From an uncultured Myxococcales bacterium (GTDB lineage Bacteria; Myxococcota_A; Polyangia; Fen-1088): 64,000 nt of DNA. Both the position numbers and the translations under genes were made by a program. Under the pieces are notes generated by a model. That model ran no database searches. It was not told where the DNA came from and saw nothing but the letters and a program-made list of their open reading frames with translations. The stretch's first letter is position 1. Every line of letters starts with the position of its first letter. This document shows positions 1-9,473 of the stretch, piece after piece. The DNA is taken from positions 66,964 to 130,963 of the forward strand of contig CAZYFU010000001.1 in the NCBI GenBank assembly GCA_964647025.1. Direction: 5' to 3'.

Positions 1-1
1 C

Positions 2-787
2 GCGGGCGAGATACTGTCTTGGCCGGAAAATCCTGGCGCGTTCGCGCTGGTCCTGGAGGCCGCCGGAATCAAGTGGACGATGTCCAGCGAGCTCTGCGGC
101 TACGACGCCGTCAACTACGGGGTCTGGTACGACGATGCACAGTTCGCCCGCGTCGCCATCAAGCACGTACAGGTCGCCAAGAAGCTCGGCGTGAAGAAGA
201 TCCTGGTCGGAGAATGCGGCCATGCCCACAAGTCCTTGATGGTCATCGCCGACCGCATCCTCACCGGCGAGCTGAACATCCCGCGGGAGAGCTCTCTCAC
301 CCTGCTGGCCGACATCGTGGAGAGCGGCAGGCTCAAGCTCGATCCGTCCCGCAACGACTTTCCGGTGACCCTCCACGATCCCTGCAACATCGTGAGGTTG
401 ATGGGCGTGGTCGAGCCGCAACGACGCGTTCTGCGCAAGATCGCGCCCCGCTTCCGCGAGATGACCCCACACGGCGTCCACAACTACTGCTGCGGCGGCG
501 GCAGCGGCTTCGCCATCATGTCGAGTCACAACTTCGCCGATTGGCGCGTCCGCGTCGCCAGCCGACGAAAGTTCCGACAGATCCTCGAGGCCTTCCAGGA
601 CGACATGGATCCGACGCACCCCAAGTACGTCTGCGCGCCGTGCAGCAACTGCAAAGGCGCAATCCGGGACATCCTGGCCCACTACAAGGCCAAGGAGAAG
701 GCCGGCATCCGCTACGGCGGGCTGGTCGAGCTGATCGTGAACGCGATGACCGACGCAAAACCGGGGTTCCTCTCGTCCGACGAGTGA
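2..787 (+). CDS. (Fe-S)-binding CCG-domain protein, HdrD/GlpC-like, C-terminal part (5' end outside window)
   Basis: The frame is open from base 2 with no stop. Cys-rich CCG-type motifs are present (HDPCNIVR, HNYCCGGGSG, CAPCSNCKG). Third-position GC bias is strong. Confidence 0.7.
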   Translation, partial: AGEILSWPENPGAFALVLEAAGIKWTMSSELCGYDAVNYGVWYDDAQFARVAIKHVQVAKKLGVKKILVGECGHAHKSLMVIADRILTGELNIPRESSLTLLADIVESGRLKLDPSRNDFPVTLHDPCNIVRLMGVVEPQRRVLRKIAPRFREMTPHGVHNYCCGGGSGFAIMSSHNFADWRVRVASRRKFRQILEAFQDDMDPTHPKYVCAPCSNCKGAIRDILAHYKAKEKAGIRYGGLVELIVNAMTDAKPGFLSSDE

Positions 788-845
788 AGTCGTTTTGGAG
801 GGAACGAGTCGTGCCCCTCGACGTTGATCCAGTCAGGAGGACGTC

Positions 846-1106
846 ATGAGAACCACAACGATGCTTCTGCTGGTCACGCTCACGAATCTCGGCACTCTCA
901 CTGCGCACGCGCAGCACGGTAGCCAGGCGGACGACGGATGGGTGCCGGTCAAGCACCTCGAATTCAGCGACGAAGACATCGAAGGCGGATGGCTCGGCCC
1001 AGATGGCGAGCTCATCATCAGTACTGAACGCGCGCGTCAGGCCTCTCTCATCGAGATCCGCCAGGGCTTCGAAGCCGAGCTCATCAAGACGATGGAAAAC
1101 CAGTGA
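846..1106 (+). CDS. small secreted hypothetical protein (86 aa)
   Basis: Signal-like N-terminus MRTTTMLLLVTLTNLGTLTAHA followed by an acidic mature part. No family recognised. Confidence 0.5.
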   Translation: MRTTTMLLLVTLTNLGTLTAHAQHGSQADDGWVPVKHLEFSDEDIEGGWLGPDGELIISTERARQASLIEIRQGFEAELIKTMENQ

Positions 1107-1115
1107 AGGCGCTGG

Positions 1116-1892
1116 TCAGTTGCCGGCAATCTTGAGGCACGTGGGGCTGCCGTAGGCGAAGCGAACGTCCGCCGCGCATCGCCTGATGTACGGCTCGCAG
1201 AAGCCGCTCGAGCAATCCTGGTTCGAGGAGCAGAGCTCGCCGAGCCCAAGCTGGGCGACGCACAGCCCGCCAGAGCAGCGAAGGCTCTCGAGGCATGGGA
1301 CCGTCTCGCTGCACGCCGCAGCCAGGTTCATCTTGGGCTGACAAGCGAAAACGCCCAGGCTGTTGCCGCAGTAGCTTCCGGTGGGGCACACCTCGCCAAT
1401 GTTGGCGCAACCCGCCCCGGCAGCAACCTCGGTCCTGGCCCCGCAGCGCCCGGTCGTCGTCCCCTTGCCGAGATCGCAGATCAGCCCCTCGACACAATCC
1501 TCATCGACGTCGCACGCCTCGTTGACCAACTTCGCCCCCCGGTAAACGTCGCGACAGACCCGGTCCACCGACTGGAGATCGGACGGCTTGAGGGCAACGG
1601 CCCCCTGCTGGATCCTGCCGTAGACGCTGCTCACCTGGTTGAGGCAGCTCTCGGCATTCGACGGCATGAAGTCCTGCCCCCGCGCCACGGCCTCCTTGTC
1701 GAGGTCCGAACGTGCAGCGAGCCGTCCGGCCATACACGACGCCTCGGGGATCAGGCACGCCAACGACACCTCCTTGCATATGTTCTGCGCATACCGACTG
1801 CTGAACTCGGCCGGGGTGAGTGGCTTATTGTCTTCCCCACAGCCCGGGGCAACAAGAGTACCGAGCAATAGAACGAGATGGCGCAGCTTCAT
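1116..1892 (-). CDS. Cys-rich secreted lipoprotein
   Basis: Signal peptide plus lipobox (LVAPGC). I counted 23 Cys; the C-terminal half is built from four similar Cys-knot-like modules. Confidence 0.7.
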   Translation of the reverse strand: MKLRHLVLLLGTLVAPGCGEDNKPLTPAEFSSRYAQNICKEVSLACLIPEASCMAGRLAARSDLDKEAVARGQDFMPSNAESCLNQVSSVYGRIQQGAVALKPSDLQSVDRVCRDVYRGAKLVNEACDVDEDCVEGLICDLGKGTTTGRCGARTEVAAGAGCANIGEVCPTGSYCGNSLGVFACQPKMNLAAACSETVPCLESLRCSGGLCVAQLGLGELCSSNQDCSSGFCEPYIRRCAADVRFAYGSPTCLKIAGN

Positions 1893-1945
1893 GGACGGGA
1901 TCTTCGCCGTCCCGCGAGGGCCGTCAAAAAAACGCGAGTTTGCTG

Positions 1946-3505
1946 CTACTTGGCAAAGTCCACGGCCCGCGTCTCGCGCACCACCGAGACGCGGATCTGC
2001 CCCGGATAGGCGAGCTGCGCCTCGACCTTACGCGCGATGTCCTTGGATAGGATGCGGGCCTGCTCGTCGCTGACCTTGGTGTTCTCGACGAGCACGCGCA
2101 CCTCACGCCCGGCCTGGATGGCGAATGCGCGTTCGACACCATCGAAGCCGACCGCCACCTTCTCCAGGTCGTCCAGACGCTGCACATACGATTCGAGGGA
2201 CTCGCGGCGCGCACCCGGTCGCTGATTCGCCAGCACGTTGGCCGCGTCCACGATGTGGTCGAGCACGTCCTCGGCCGGCACCTCGCCATGGTGGGCCTCG
2301 ATGGCATGGCAGATCTTGGGCGCCTCGCCGAACTTGCGCGCCACGATCGCGCCCGCGATGGCGTGCGACCCGTCGACCTCCTGGTCGACGCCACAGCCGA
2401 TGTCGTGCAGCAGGCCGGCCCGGCGCGCCATCTTGACTGAATAGCCCAGCTCGCCGGCGATGGTGCCAGCGAGGAAGCCAACCTCGATAGAGTGCTGGAG
2501 CAAGTTCTGGGCGGTCCCGGAACGGAAGCGGAGCTTGCCCAGCAGTCGGCCGAGGTCAGGATGCAAGCGACCGATCCCGAGGTCGAAGGCGGCCTGGTCG
2601 CCCGCCTCCTTGCATTGCGCATCGACTTCGTCGGTGGCCTTGCGGACCATCTCCTCGATTCGCGTCGGGTGGATGCGACCATCGGCGATCAAGCGGGTCA
2701 ACGCCAAGCGCGCGATCTCACGTCGGACCGGGTTGAAGCAGGAGATCACGACGGCCTCGGGCGTGTCGTCGATGATGAGGTCGATCCCGATCGCCGACTC
2801 CAGCGCCCGGATGTTGCGACCCTCGCGGCCGATGATGCGGCCTTTCATGTCGTCCGAAGGCAGCGGCACGACCGCGATGGTCCGCTCGGCGACATACTCG
2901 CTGGCGTAGCGTTGAATGGCGGCGCCCAGGATCAGCTGCGACTTCTGCTTCGCCTCGGCTGCCGCCTCCTCCTCGATGCGCTTCACCTCGGCGGCCGCGG
3001 CTGCTCGCGCCTCCGACTGGACCTCGGCGGTAAGCAGCTTACGCGCCTCGGCTTCGCTGATCCCCGCGATCTTCTCCAGCCGAGCCCGAGCCTCGGTGGC
3101 CTGGGCGGCCGCAGTGCGCGCCACGGTCTCGGCGGTCTGCTCGCGAGCCATCAGCTGCTTCTCTTTGCGCGACAGGTTTTCGCGCTCGGTCTTCATCTCG
3201 CGCTCACGGCGATCGGTCGCCTCGGCACGGGCCCTAATCTCGGCCGCGGTTCGGTCGAGCTCCTGGCGCCGCGCACGCAGCTCGTTCTCGACGTCGTTGC
3301 GCAGCTTCTGCGCGGCCTCCTTGGCCTCGATCTCGGCCTGTCGCTTGATGGCGATCGCCTCGCTATCCGCGGCCGCGAGGACCCGCTTTCGTTCTTCTTC
3401 GCTTTCGGGCACGGAGTCGGGCTTGCTCGACCGACCCAGCAAAAATGCGACGATCCCGGCAACCGCTGCCGCTACGATCGCGCCGACGATGGTTAGAGCC
3501 GTCAT
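1946..3505 (-). CDS. rny: ribonuclease Y
   Basis: N-terminal TM helix, long Glu/Ala/Arg coiled coil, KH motif (GRIIGREGRNIRALE) and an HD domain (LLHDIG). The length of 519 aa is typical. Confidence 0.95.
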   Translation of the reverse strand: MTALTIVGAIVAAAVAGIVAFLLGRSSKPDSVPESEEERKRVLAAADSEAIAIKRQAEIEAKEAAQKLRNDVENELRARRQELDRTAAEIRARAEATDRREREMKTERENLSRKEKQLMAREQTAETVARTAAAQATEARARLEKIAGISEAEARKLLTAEVQSEARAAAAAEVKRIEEEAAAEAKQKSQLILGAAIQRYASEYVAERTIAVVPLPSDDMKGRIIGREGRNIRALESAIGIDLIIDDTPEAVVISCFNPVRREIARLALTRLIADGRIHPTRIEEMVRKATDEVDAQCKEAGDQAAFDLGIGRLHPDLGRLLGKLRFRSGTAQNLLQHSIEVGFLAGTIAGELGYSVKMARRAGLLHDIGCGVDQEVDGSHAIAGAIVARKFGEAPKICHAIEAHHGEVPAEDVLDHIVDAANVLANQRPGARRESLESYVQRLDDLEKVAVGFDGVERAFAIQAGREVRVLVENTKVSDEQARILSKDIARKVEAQLAYPGQIRVSVVRETRAVDFAK

Positions 3506-3514
3506 ACCTCTTCC

Positions 3515-4141
3515 TCAGTCGTTCGTTGCACCGCACCGGACGGCACGTGCGTCCGTGACGATGCAGTCGAGTGGCACGTCCCATTCCCCGGCTGGGCACG
3601 TCTCCACCAGTTGAAAATCAAACGCGAAGCCCATGAAACGGGCCGCGGTCGCGTCGGGGTGTGCGTGGACGTAGGCAGCAAGCTCGTCGTAGTAGCCGCC
3701 GCCGTAGCCCACGCGGGCGCCGCGGGGATCGAAAGCCAAACCTGGCACCATGAAAACGTCGACTTCGTGCGCCGGGACCTCCGGGCAGTCGACGCTGGGT
3801 TCGAGCAGTCCAAAGATCCCGAAGACCAGATCGGTCTTCTTGTCGATCTTGTGGAAACGCAGGCGAGGCGGAATCAACCCCGTGCTCACGCGAGGAAGCA
3901 CTACCTCGATCCCCCGGCTGCGCAGCTCATCAAGTAGAGGGGCGGTATCGATCTCGGACCGCGTGGACACGAAGCCGGCGACCGTGCGCGCACTCCTGAC
4001 CTCCGGCCTTTCCAGGAAGCGCTCCGTCGCCTGCGCCACCATGATCGACCGCTGCTCAGCCGCAAGGGCATCTCGCCGCTCGGCCATCGCGCGACGAAGC
4101 GCGCGCTTCTCTTCTCTCAGCGACAGCTCGGCCGGATGCAT
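3515..4141 (-). CDS. 5-formyltetrahydrofolate cyclo-ligase
   Basis: MTHFS-like sequence (LREEKRALRRAM..., GYGGGYYD). I prefer the internal ATG at 4141 over the 4207 start in the track. Confidence 0.75.
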   Translation of the reverse strand: MHPAELSLREEKRALRRAMAERRDALAAEQRSIMVAQATERFLERPEVRSARTVAGFVSTRSEIDTAPLLDELRSRGIEVVLPRVSTGLIPPRLRFHKIDKKTDLVFGIFGLLEPSVDCPEVPAHEVDVFMVPGLAFDPRGARVGYGGGYYDELAAYVHAHPDATAARFMGFAFDFQLVETCPAGEWDVPLDCIVTDARAVRCGATND

Positions 4142-4350
4142 GTCTGCCAGCGTTTCATTCTCGATGCACCATGCTCGGCCAAGCCAAGGAACCCACTCGC
4201 GCCACACGGGGCGATTTGCGCATCGAGCACGAGGCCGCTGCCTCGCTGAGGGTTGTTTCGAAGGATAGGCATCTATGTGGAGCGCGCCGTCACTCTCGAC
4301 GATCCGGATGGCTGGCGCGGTGCTCGCACTATACCCGAAAACGTAACCAT

Positions 4351-6048
4351 CTATCCAACGACCGAATCGTCGTCGCCTTTGGCTGCGCGTCTCGAACGGC
4401 GCAGCATCTCCTCGGCGTGGGCGGCCGCCTGGGCGGTAGGGGTGGCGCCGCCCAACATGCGGGCGATCTCCGCCTTGCGCTCAGCGTCCGACAACACCGC
4501 GACCCGGACGCTGGTGCGGGACTTGGTCGATTCCTTGTGGACCTTCACGTGGCTGTCGGCGAAGGCCGCGATCTGGGCAAGGTGCGTGACGACCAAGACC
4601 TGCTTGTGCCTGGCGATGGTCGCCAGCTTCCGACCAATGACCTCGGCCGTTCCACCGCCGACGCCGGCATCGACCTCGTCGAACACGTAGGTGGTGGCCT
4701 GCCCCTCTTTCGCGAGCGCCTGGGTCACGGCAAGCATGACCCGCGACAGCTCCCCTCCCGAAGCGATGCGATCGAGGGGTCTCGGCTCTTCGCCCGGGTT
4801 GGGAGCGAACTGGAAGCGAACGCGATCGCGCCCCTTGCTGCCCAGCGTCTCTCGGTCCTCGACGACGACCGAGACGCGGGCACCTGCCAAGCCCAGGTCG
4901 CGCAGGGTCTCGTCGATCCGCTTGCCGAGGGTTCGAGCCGATTTGCGGCGTCGGTCCGCGAGCGATTCCGCGAGCACGCCCATGCGCTTCTCCGCTTCGG
5001 TCACGGCGCTTTGCCGTGACGCCAAGCCCTCCTCGAACGTGCCGAGGTCGCCCAACTCGCGGACGATCTCTTCGCGCCTGGCCATGACGGCTTCGACTGA
5101 GCCGCCGTGCTTTCTGACCAGCCTGCCGATCAAGAACAGGCGCTCCTCGATCTCTGCCAGTCGCTCGGGCTCGAAGCGCAGCTTGCCCGCATAATGGGCC
5201 AGCGACGAGGCCGCATCTTCGACCTGGGCCTGGGCCGCCCGCAGAGACTCGACGATAGGCGTCAAGGCGGGGTCCACCGCCGCCAGGGCGCCGATCTCGC
5301 GCGCCACCGACGCAATCCTGCCCGCCGCCGCGTCTTCAGCCGAGTACAGCCCGTCTTCGCCGCGCGTGCAGGCTGCCAAAAACTTCTCGGCACCCTTGCA
5401 CCGCTCGCGCTCGAGCCGCAGCGCCTCGTCCTCTCCGGGCTTGAGATCGGCCTCTTCCAACTCGCGGAGCTGAAAGCGCAACAGATCCTCCCGCTCTGCG
5501 CGGGTGCGCGCGTCTGCGTCGAACACGGCCAGCTCGGCACGCGCATCCGAAAGTGCCTGAAAGGCTGCCTTCGCTTCGGCGAGAAGGGAGGCGTTCCCCG
5601 CGAAGGCGTCGAGCATCGCCAGTTGGCTTTCCGGATCCATGAGCAGCTGCTGATCGTGCTGTGATGTGATGTCGCACAGCTTGCCGACGGTCGCCCCCAG
5701 ATCGGCGGCGGTAGCCAGTGCGCCGCCCAGGTGAATGCGGCCCCGCCCGGTGCGCGCCACGGCTCGCCTGACCACCAGCCCGTCGGAGATGTCGCGGCCA
5801 TCGGCCAGAAGCGTCTGCTTGACCTCCGAGTCTCCGGGGAGATCGAAGATGGCCTCGACGCGCGCCTCCTCGGCGCCGGTGCGGATCAGGTCCGAACTCG
5901 CGCGGCCGCCGCGAAGAAGCCCGAGAGCCTCGACCAGGATGCTCTTGCCAGCGCCGGTTTCGCCGGTGATCACGGTCAATCCGGGCCCGAAGGGAAGCTC
6001 GATTTCGTCGATCAGCGCGAAGCCCGTGACTCTCAGTTGCGTCAGCAT
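4351..6048 (-). CDS. recN: DNA repair protein RecN
   Basis: N-terminal Walker A (ITGETGAGKSILVEAL), long coiled coil, and a C-terminal SMC signature/Walker B (GGELSRVMLA, VFDEVDAGVGG). Confidence 0.95.
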   Translation of the reverse strand: MLTQLRVTGFALIDEIELPFGPGLTVITGETGAGKSILVEALGLLRGGRASSDLIRTGAEEARVEAIFDLPGDSEVKQTLLADGRDISDGLVVRRAVARTGRGRIHLGGALATAADLGATVGKLCDITSQHDQQLLMDPESQLAMLDAFAGNASLLAEAKAAFQALSDARAELAVFDADARTRAEREDLLRFQLRELEEADLKPGEDEALRLERERCKGAEKFLAACTRGEDGLYSAEDAAAGRIASVAREIGALAAVDPALTPIVESLRAAQAQVEDAASSLAHYAGKLRFEPERLAEIEERLFLIGRLVRKHGGSVEAVMARREEIVRELGDLGTFEEGLASRQSAVTEAEKRMGVLAESLADRRRKSARTLGKRIDETLRDLGLAGARVSVVVEDRETLGSKGRDRVRFQFAPNPGEEPRPLDRIASGGELSRVMLAVTQALAKEGQATTYVFDEVDAGVGGGTAEVIGRKLATIARHKQVLVVTHLAQIAAFADSHVKVHKESTKSRTSVRVAVLSDAERKAEIARMLGGATPTAQAAAHAEEMLRRSRRAAKGDDDSVVG

Positions 6049-6094
6049 GTGTCTGTTCTCGGCTATAGCTCAGGTGAAGTTGCTCTGAAAGAGC

Positions 6095-6949
6095 TCAGCC
6101 CTTGCGTTCACCCCACGACAGCTTCTGCCGCAGGATCTTGAAGAAGGAATGACCTGGACGAAACAGGCGGAGGTTACGCGCTGCCTTTCGGACCTCCACC
6201 ACGTCGCCGGGCCCCACCTCGCGGCTCCAGTGGCCGTCGACGGTGACCACGCCGTGGTACCGAGAGGTGTTGGTCACGGTGACCCCCTTGTCGGCGCGAA
6301 CCACCAGGGGTCGGTTCGACAGCGTGTGAGGACAGATGGGCGTCAGCACGATGGCCTCGAGATCCGGGCTCAGGATCGGCCCGGCGGCCGACAGGTTGTA
6401 GGCCGTGGAGCCCGTCGGGGTACAGAGGATGAGCCCATCCGCCTTGTAGCTGGTGATCGCGTCGCCATTGGTCGTCGCCGCCAGACTGATGAGGCGGGCG
6501 ACCTCGCGCTGGTTAATCACGGCCTCATTGAGCGCGGCCTGACTCTCGGCGGGCTTGTCTTTCCGATGCAAGGTCACGAGGAGGCGCATGCGCTCCTCGA
6601 TTTGCAGCCGACCTTCAGCGACGTCGATTAACGCGGTCCTTGCATCTTCGACGGCATACGGCGTGAGGAAGCCGAGACTGCCGAGATTCAGCCCCAACAG
6701 CGGGACGTCGTAGTCGGCGACCAACTTGACGCCATAAAGAAATGTGCCATCACCGCCCAGCGCGACCATGACGTCGATGGCCGCTCCGATGTCTTCCCCG
6801 GCAAGGCCACGATGGCCCGCTGGCGTACCGGGGCCGTAATCATCCACGAAGATCGCCTCGGATCCTCTTTCGCGCAGCAGCTCCGCCAGCCCCACAGCCA
6901 GGCCTCGGGCCCCGGGATTGCCGTCACGAACGATGAATCCGAACCGCAT
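6095..6949 (-). CDS. nadK: NAD+ kinase
   Basis: GGDGTFL motif and NAD kinase fold signature (TPTGSTAYNLSAGGP). Confidence 0.9.
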   Translation of the reverse strand: MRFGFIVRDGNPGARGLAVGLAELLRERGSEAIFVDDYGPGTPAGHRGLAGEDIGAAIDVMVALGGDGTFLYGVKLVADYDVPLLGLNLGSLGFLTPYAVEDARTALIDVAEGRLQIEERMRLLVTLHRKDKPAESQAALNEAVINQREVARLISLAATTNGDAITSYKADGLILCTPTGSTAYNLSAAGPILSPDLEAIVLTPICPHTLSNRPLVVRADKGVTVTNTSRYHGVVTVDGHWSREVGPGDVVEVRKAARNLRLFRPGHSFFKILRQKLSWGERKG

Positions 6950-7149
6950 CGGCCGGGATTATGTCACGAGCGAACGGCCAAGCGCACGCACGCTCAAGGC
7001 CCCCACCCTGACAGACGGTCGATTGCGAAGCCGAGGCGGTACGCGGTTTCCAGGCGCAGAAAGGCCGGCTTTGTCTTGCGACTCACCGGCCTGGCTAGCA
7101 CTGAGTATCGCTGCAGACTGGGCCCACTGAGCCACGGCTGCAGATCAGG

Positions 7150-7332
7150 TCAGGGCTGCATTTCGTAGAAGATCGTGATGCTCAGACAGTGAAACTCGCG
7201 GTCCGAGCTCTGGGTGACGACCTTGTCGATAATCCGGGCCTTCGGATTGTCGTGGATCCAACGGGTGAGGACCTCTCCGAGCTCGTCGCGATCCTTCGCC
7301 TTGGTAGCCGTGAAAACCTTTGCCCCCATCAT
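7150..7332 (-). CDS. small hypothetical protein (60 aa)
   Basis: Strong SD (GGAAGGAGAAG) 7 nt upstream of the ATG. Coding-like codon bias. Divergent from rpsU. Confidence 0.55.
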   Translation of the reverse strand: MMGAKVFTATKAKDRDELGEVLTRWIHDNPKARIIDKVVTQSSDREFHCLSITIFYEMQP

Positions 7333-7501
7333 TGGCGCTTCTCCTTCCGAACTGTCCTACGGAACACTGTTCGCAGAGCTCTCTCACAACCTGCGCGTGA
7401 ACCTTACATACACTTCCGAAAAAGCAATGTAAATAACTTTCGTAGTAAGGTAACACACGAGAAAGTTCGGTCAAGAATAGCATCGAAGTCGTTCGACAGA
7501 C

Positions 7502-7531
7502 TTGACCCGAACCCCGCGAAACGGTTAATAC
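7502..7531 (+). promoter_or_regulatory. candidate sigma70-type promoter for rpsU
   Basis: TTGACC at 7502-7507, a 17-18 nt spacer, then TTAATAC at 7525-7531. It lies ~45 nt upstream of the rpsU start in a locally AT-richer stretch. Confidence 0.3.
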
Positions 7532-7575
7532 TCACCCCTCACGGATTTTTCGGTCACGCCCCATCGGAGGTTTGC

Positions 7576-7791
7576 TTGGAGACACTGCTCGGACGCCCCC
7601 TCGAAGTAGAAGTTCGGGATTCCATCGAAAAAGCGATGAAGATCCTGAAGCAGAAGATGTCGAAGGAGGGCATCCTGCAAGAAATCAAGCGCCGTCGCTA
7701 CCACGAGAAGCCCTCGGTCAAGCGCAAGCGCAAGATCCGCGAGGCCCGCAAGCGGCGTCGTCGCGAGGCCAAGAGGCGCGTAATCCGCTGA
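7576..7791 (+). CDS. rpsU: 30S ribosomal protein S21
   Basis: S21 signature (KAMKILKQKMSKEGILQEIKRRRYHEKPSVKRKRK). TTG start at 7576 preceded by GGAGG 5 nt upstream. The track ORF from 7189 is over-extended. Confidence 0.85.
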   Translation: METLLGRPLEVEVRDSIEKAMKILKQKMSKEGILQEIKRRRYHEKPSVKRKRKIREARKRRRREAKRRVIR

Positions 7792-8690
7792 CCTCCTGGC
7801 TGGAAATCCAGATCGAGACCGAAGCCTCGGCTGCTGAGATACTCGCGGCCGAGGTTGGTCCATTGGTGGGCGGCGTAGAGCTGCGCGACGGTGGCACCCT
7901 GTTGTCGACGGCACCTGGCCGGACGGCTGTCATCGCCCTGTGCAAGCCCGAGGACCGACAGCTCGTTCTGTCGACTGCGCACGAGGTCTTGACTACGGCG
8001 CGGGACAGCGGCATCGCCGTCGATCCGGTCATCGTGCGCGAGCGAGACACCGACGAGAGCGAGTGGCGAGACGTCTGGAAGCAGTTCTTCCGCGCGACCC
8101 GCATCGGCCGACGGTTCTGCGTGCGGCCGAGCTGGGATCCCGTCTCGCTCGATGGCGTCCAGTTCATCATCGACCTGGACCCCGGACGAGCCTTCGGCAC
8201 GGGCGCGCATCCCTCCACCCGACTGGTCATCGGCCTCGCCGAGGACATCCAGGATCGACGGCCTGCGATCGAGCGCTTCCTCGACCTCGGCTGCGGATCC
8301 GGCATCTTGTCCATCGCGGCCGCGCGCCTGTGGCCCAGCGCCATCGGCGTGGCGGTGGACAATGATCCGGAAGCGACCGCCTGCAGCCAGGAGAACTTCG
8401 AGCGCAACCAGATCGCCACGGTCTCGCTCCTGACGGGCACGCTGGATGGGACCCAAGGCACCTTCGACGTCATTCTGGCCAACATTCAGGCTGACGTGCT
8501 CTCCGAGTTGGCCACGCTTATCGCGGCGAAGCTGACCGGGGGAGGCCACGCCGTCCTCTCGGGCATCCTGTGCGACCAGGCCGACGACGTGGTTGCCATC
8601 TTCGCGGCGACCGGGCTCGAGCTGCGCTGCCGCCGGGACGAGGGCGAGTGGAGCGGCCTTCTACTGGAGAAGCCCGCCCAAGGACCGTAG
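7788..8690 (+). CDS. prmA: ribosomal protein L11 methyltransferase
   Basis: PrmA-like N-terminus (TSWLEIQIETE...) and SAM motifs (GTGAHPSTRL, LDLGCGSGILSIAA). There is no ATG nearby, so a CTG/other start at about 7788-7800 overlapping the rpsU stop is assumed; the exact start is uncertain. Confidence 0.8.
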   Translation: MTSWLEIQIETEASAAEILAAEVGPLVGGVELRDGGTLLSTAPGRTAVIALCKPEDRQLVLSTAHEVLTTARDSGIAVDPVIVRERDTDESEWRDVWKQFFRATRIGRRFCVRPSWDPVSLDGVQFIIDLDPGRAFGTGAHPSTRLVIGLAEDIQDRRPAIERFLDLGCGSGILSIAAARLWPSAIGVAVDNDPEATACSQENFERNQIATVSLLTGTLDGTQGTFDVILANIQADVLSELATLIAAKLTGGGHAVLSGILCDQADDVVAIFAATGLELRCRRDEGEWSGLLLEKPAQGP

Positions 8691-8696
8691 TCGGGC

Positions 8697-9422
8697 ATGG
8701 CCAGACTCTTCGTCTCCGCCGAGCAGCTCGCGAGCGACCGCGCGACACTCGGTGAGACCGCCCACCGACACCTGATCAAGGTGCTCCGCCTGGGGCCGGG
8801 CGCGACGGTCTGGCTCTTCGATGGACAGGGCGGCGAGGTCGAGGCCCGGATCATGGGCGTGGGTCGGGACACGGTCGACGTCTCCCTCGGCGAAAGGCGC
8901 CGGGTCCAGCCGGCCGCGTGCACCATCACCCTGCTTCAGGGTGTGCCGCGCGGTGACCGGATGGATCTCATCGTTCAGAAGACCACCGAGCTTGGCGTCG
9001 CGCGCATCGTGCCGGTGCTGAGCCAGCACGGAATGAGCAAGCCCCCACCTGGCCGCGCGCGTCGGTGGCAGACCATCGCCGAGGAGGCCGCCCGACAATG
9101 CGGCCGAGCGGATGTGCCCACGGTTTGCGAGCCCGCGAGCCTGGCGGTCGCGCTCGCCGGTGTCGACGCTTCTGCCGCACCGTGTCGCTTCCTGCTGTGG
9201 GAAGGCGAGCATCGCCAGCCGCTCGCTCGGGCGCTCGCGAGCCGCCCATCCCACGTCGCGCTGTTGGTCGGCCCCGAGGGTGGATTCGCGATAGCCGAGG
9301 TCGAGTCCTGCGTCCAGGCCGGCTTTCTGTCGGTGGGGCTCGGGCCGCGGATCCTCCGAACCGAGACGGCGGCCATCGTCGCGGTGGCGCTTGCGCAGGC
9401 GGCCGCGGGCGGGCTCGACTGA
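8697..9422 (+). CDS. rsmE: 16S rRNA (uracil1498-N3)-methyltransferase
   Basis: RsmE-like N-terminus (MARLFV...HLIKVLRL) and C-terminal SPOUT motif (GPEGGF...LGPRILRTETA). Confidence 0.9.
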   Translation: MARLFVSAEQLASDRATLGETAHRHLIKVLRLGPGATVWLFDGQGGEVEARIMGVGRDTVDVSLGERRRVQPAACTITLLQGVPRGDRMDLIVQKTTELGVARIVPVLSQHGMSKPPPGRARRWQTIAEEAARQCGRADVPTVCEPASLAVALAGVDASAAPCRFLLWEGEHRQPLARALASRPSHVALLVGPEGGFAIAEVESCVQAGFLSVGLGPRILRTETAAIVAVALAQAAAGGLD

Positions 9423-9473
9423 GAATACACAAGGAAACTTGCGGCCGGGAGCCCAGCTTCGCAGAATGTTCGC

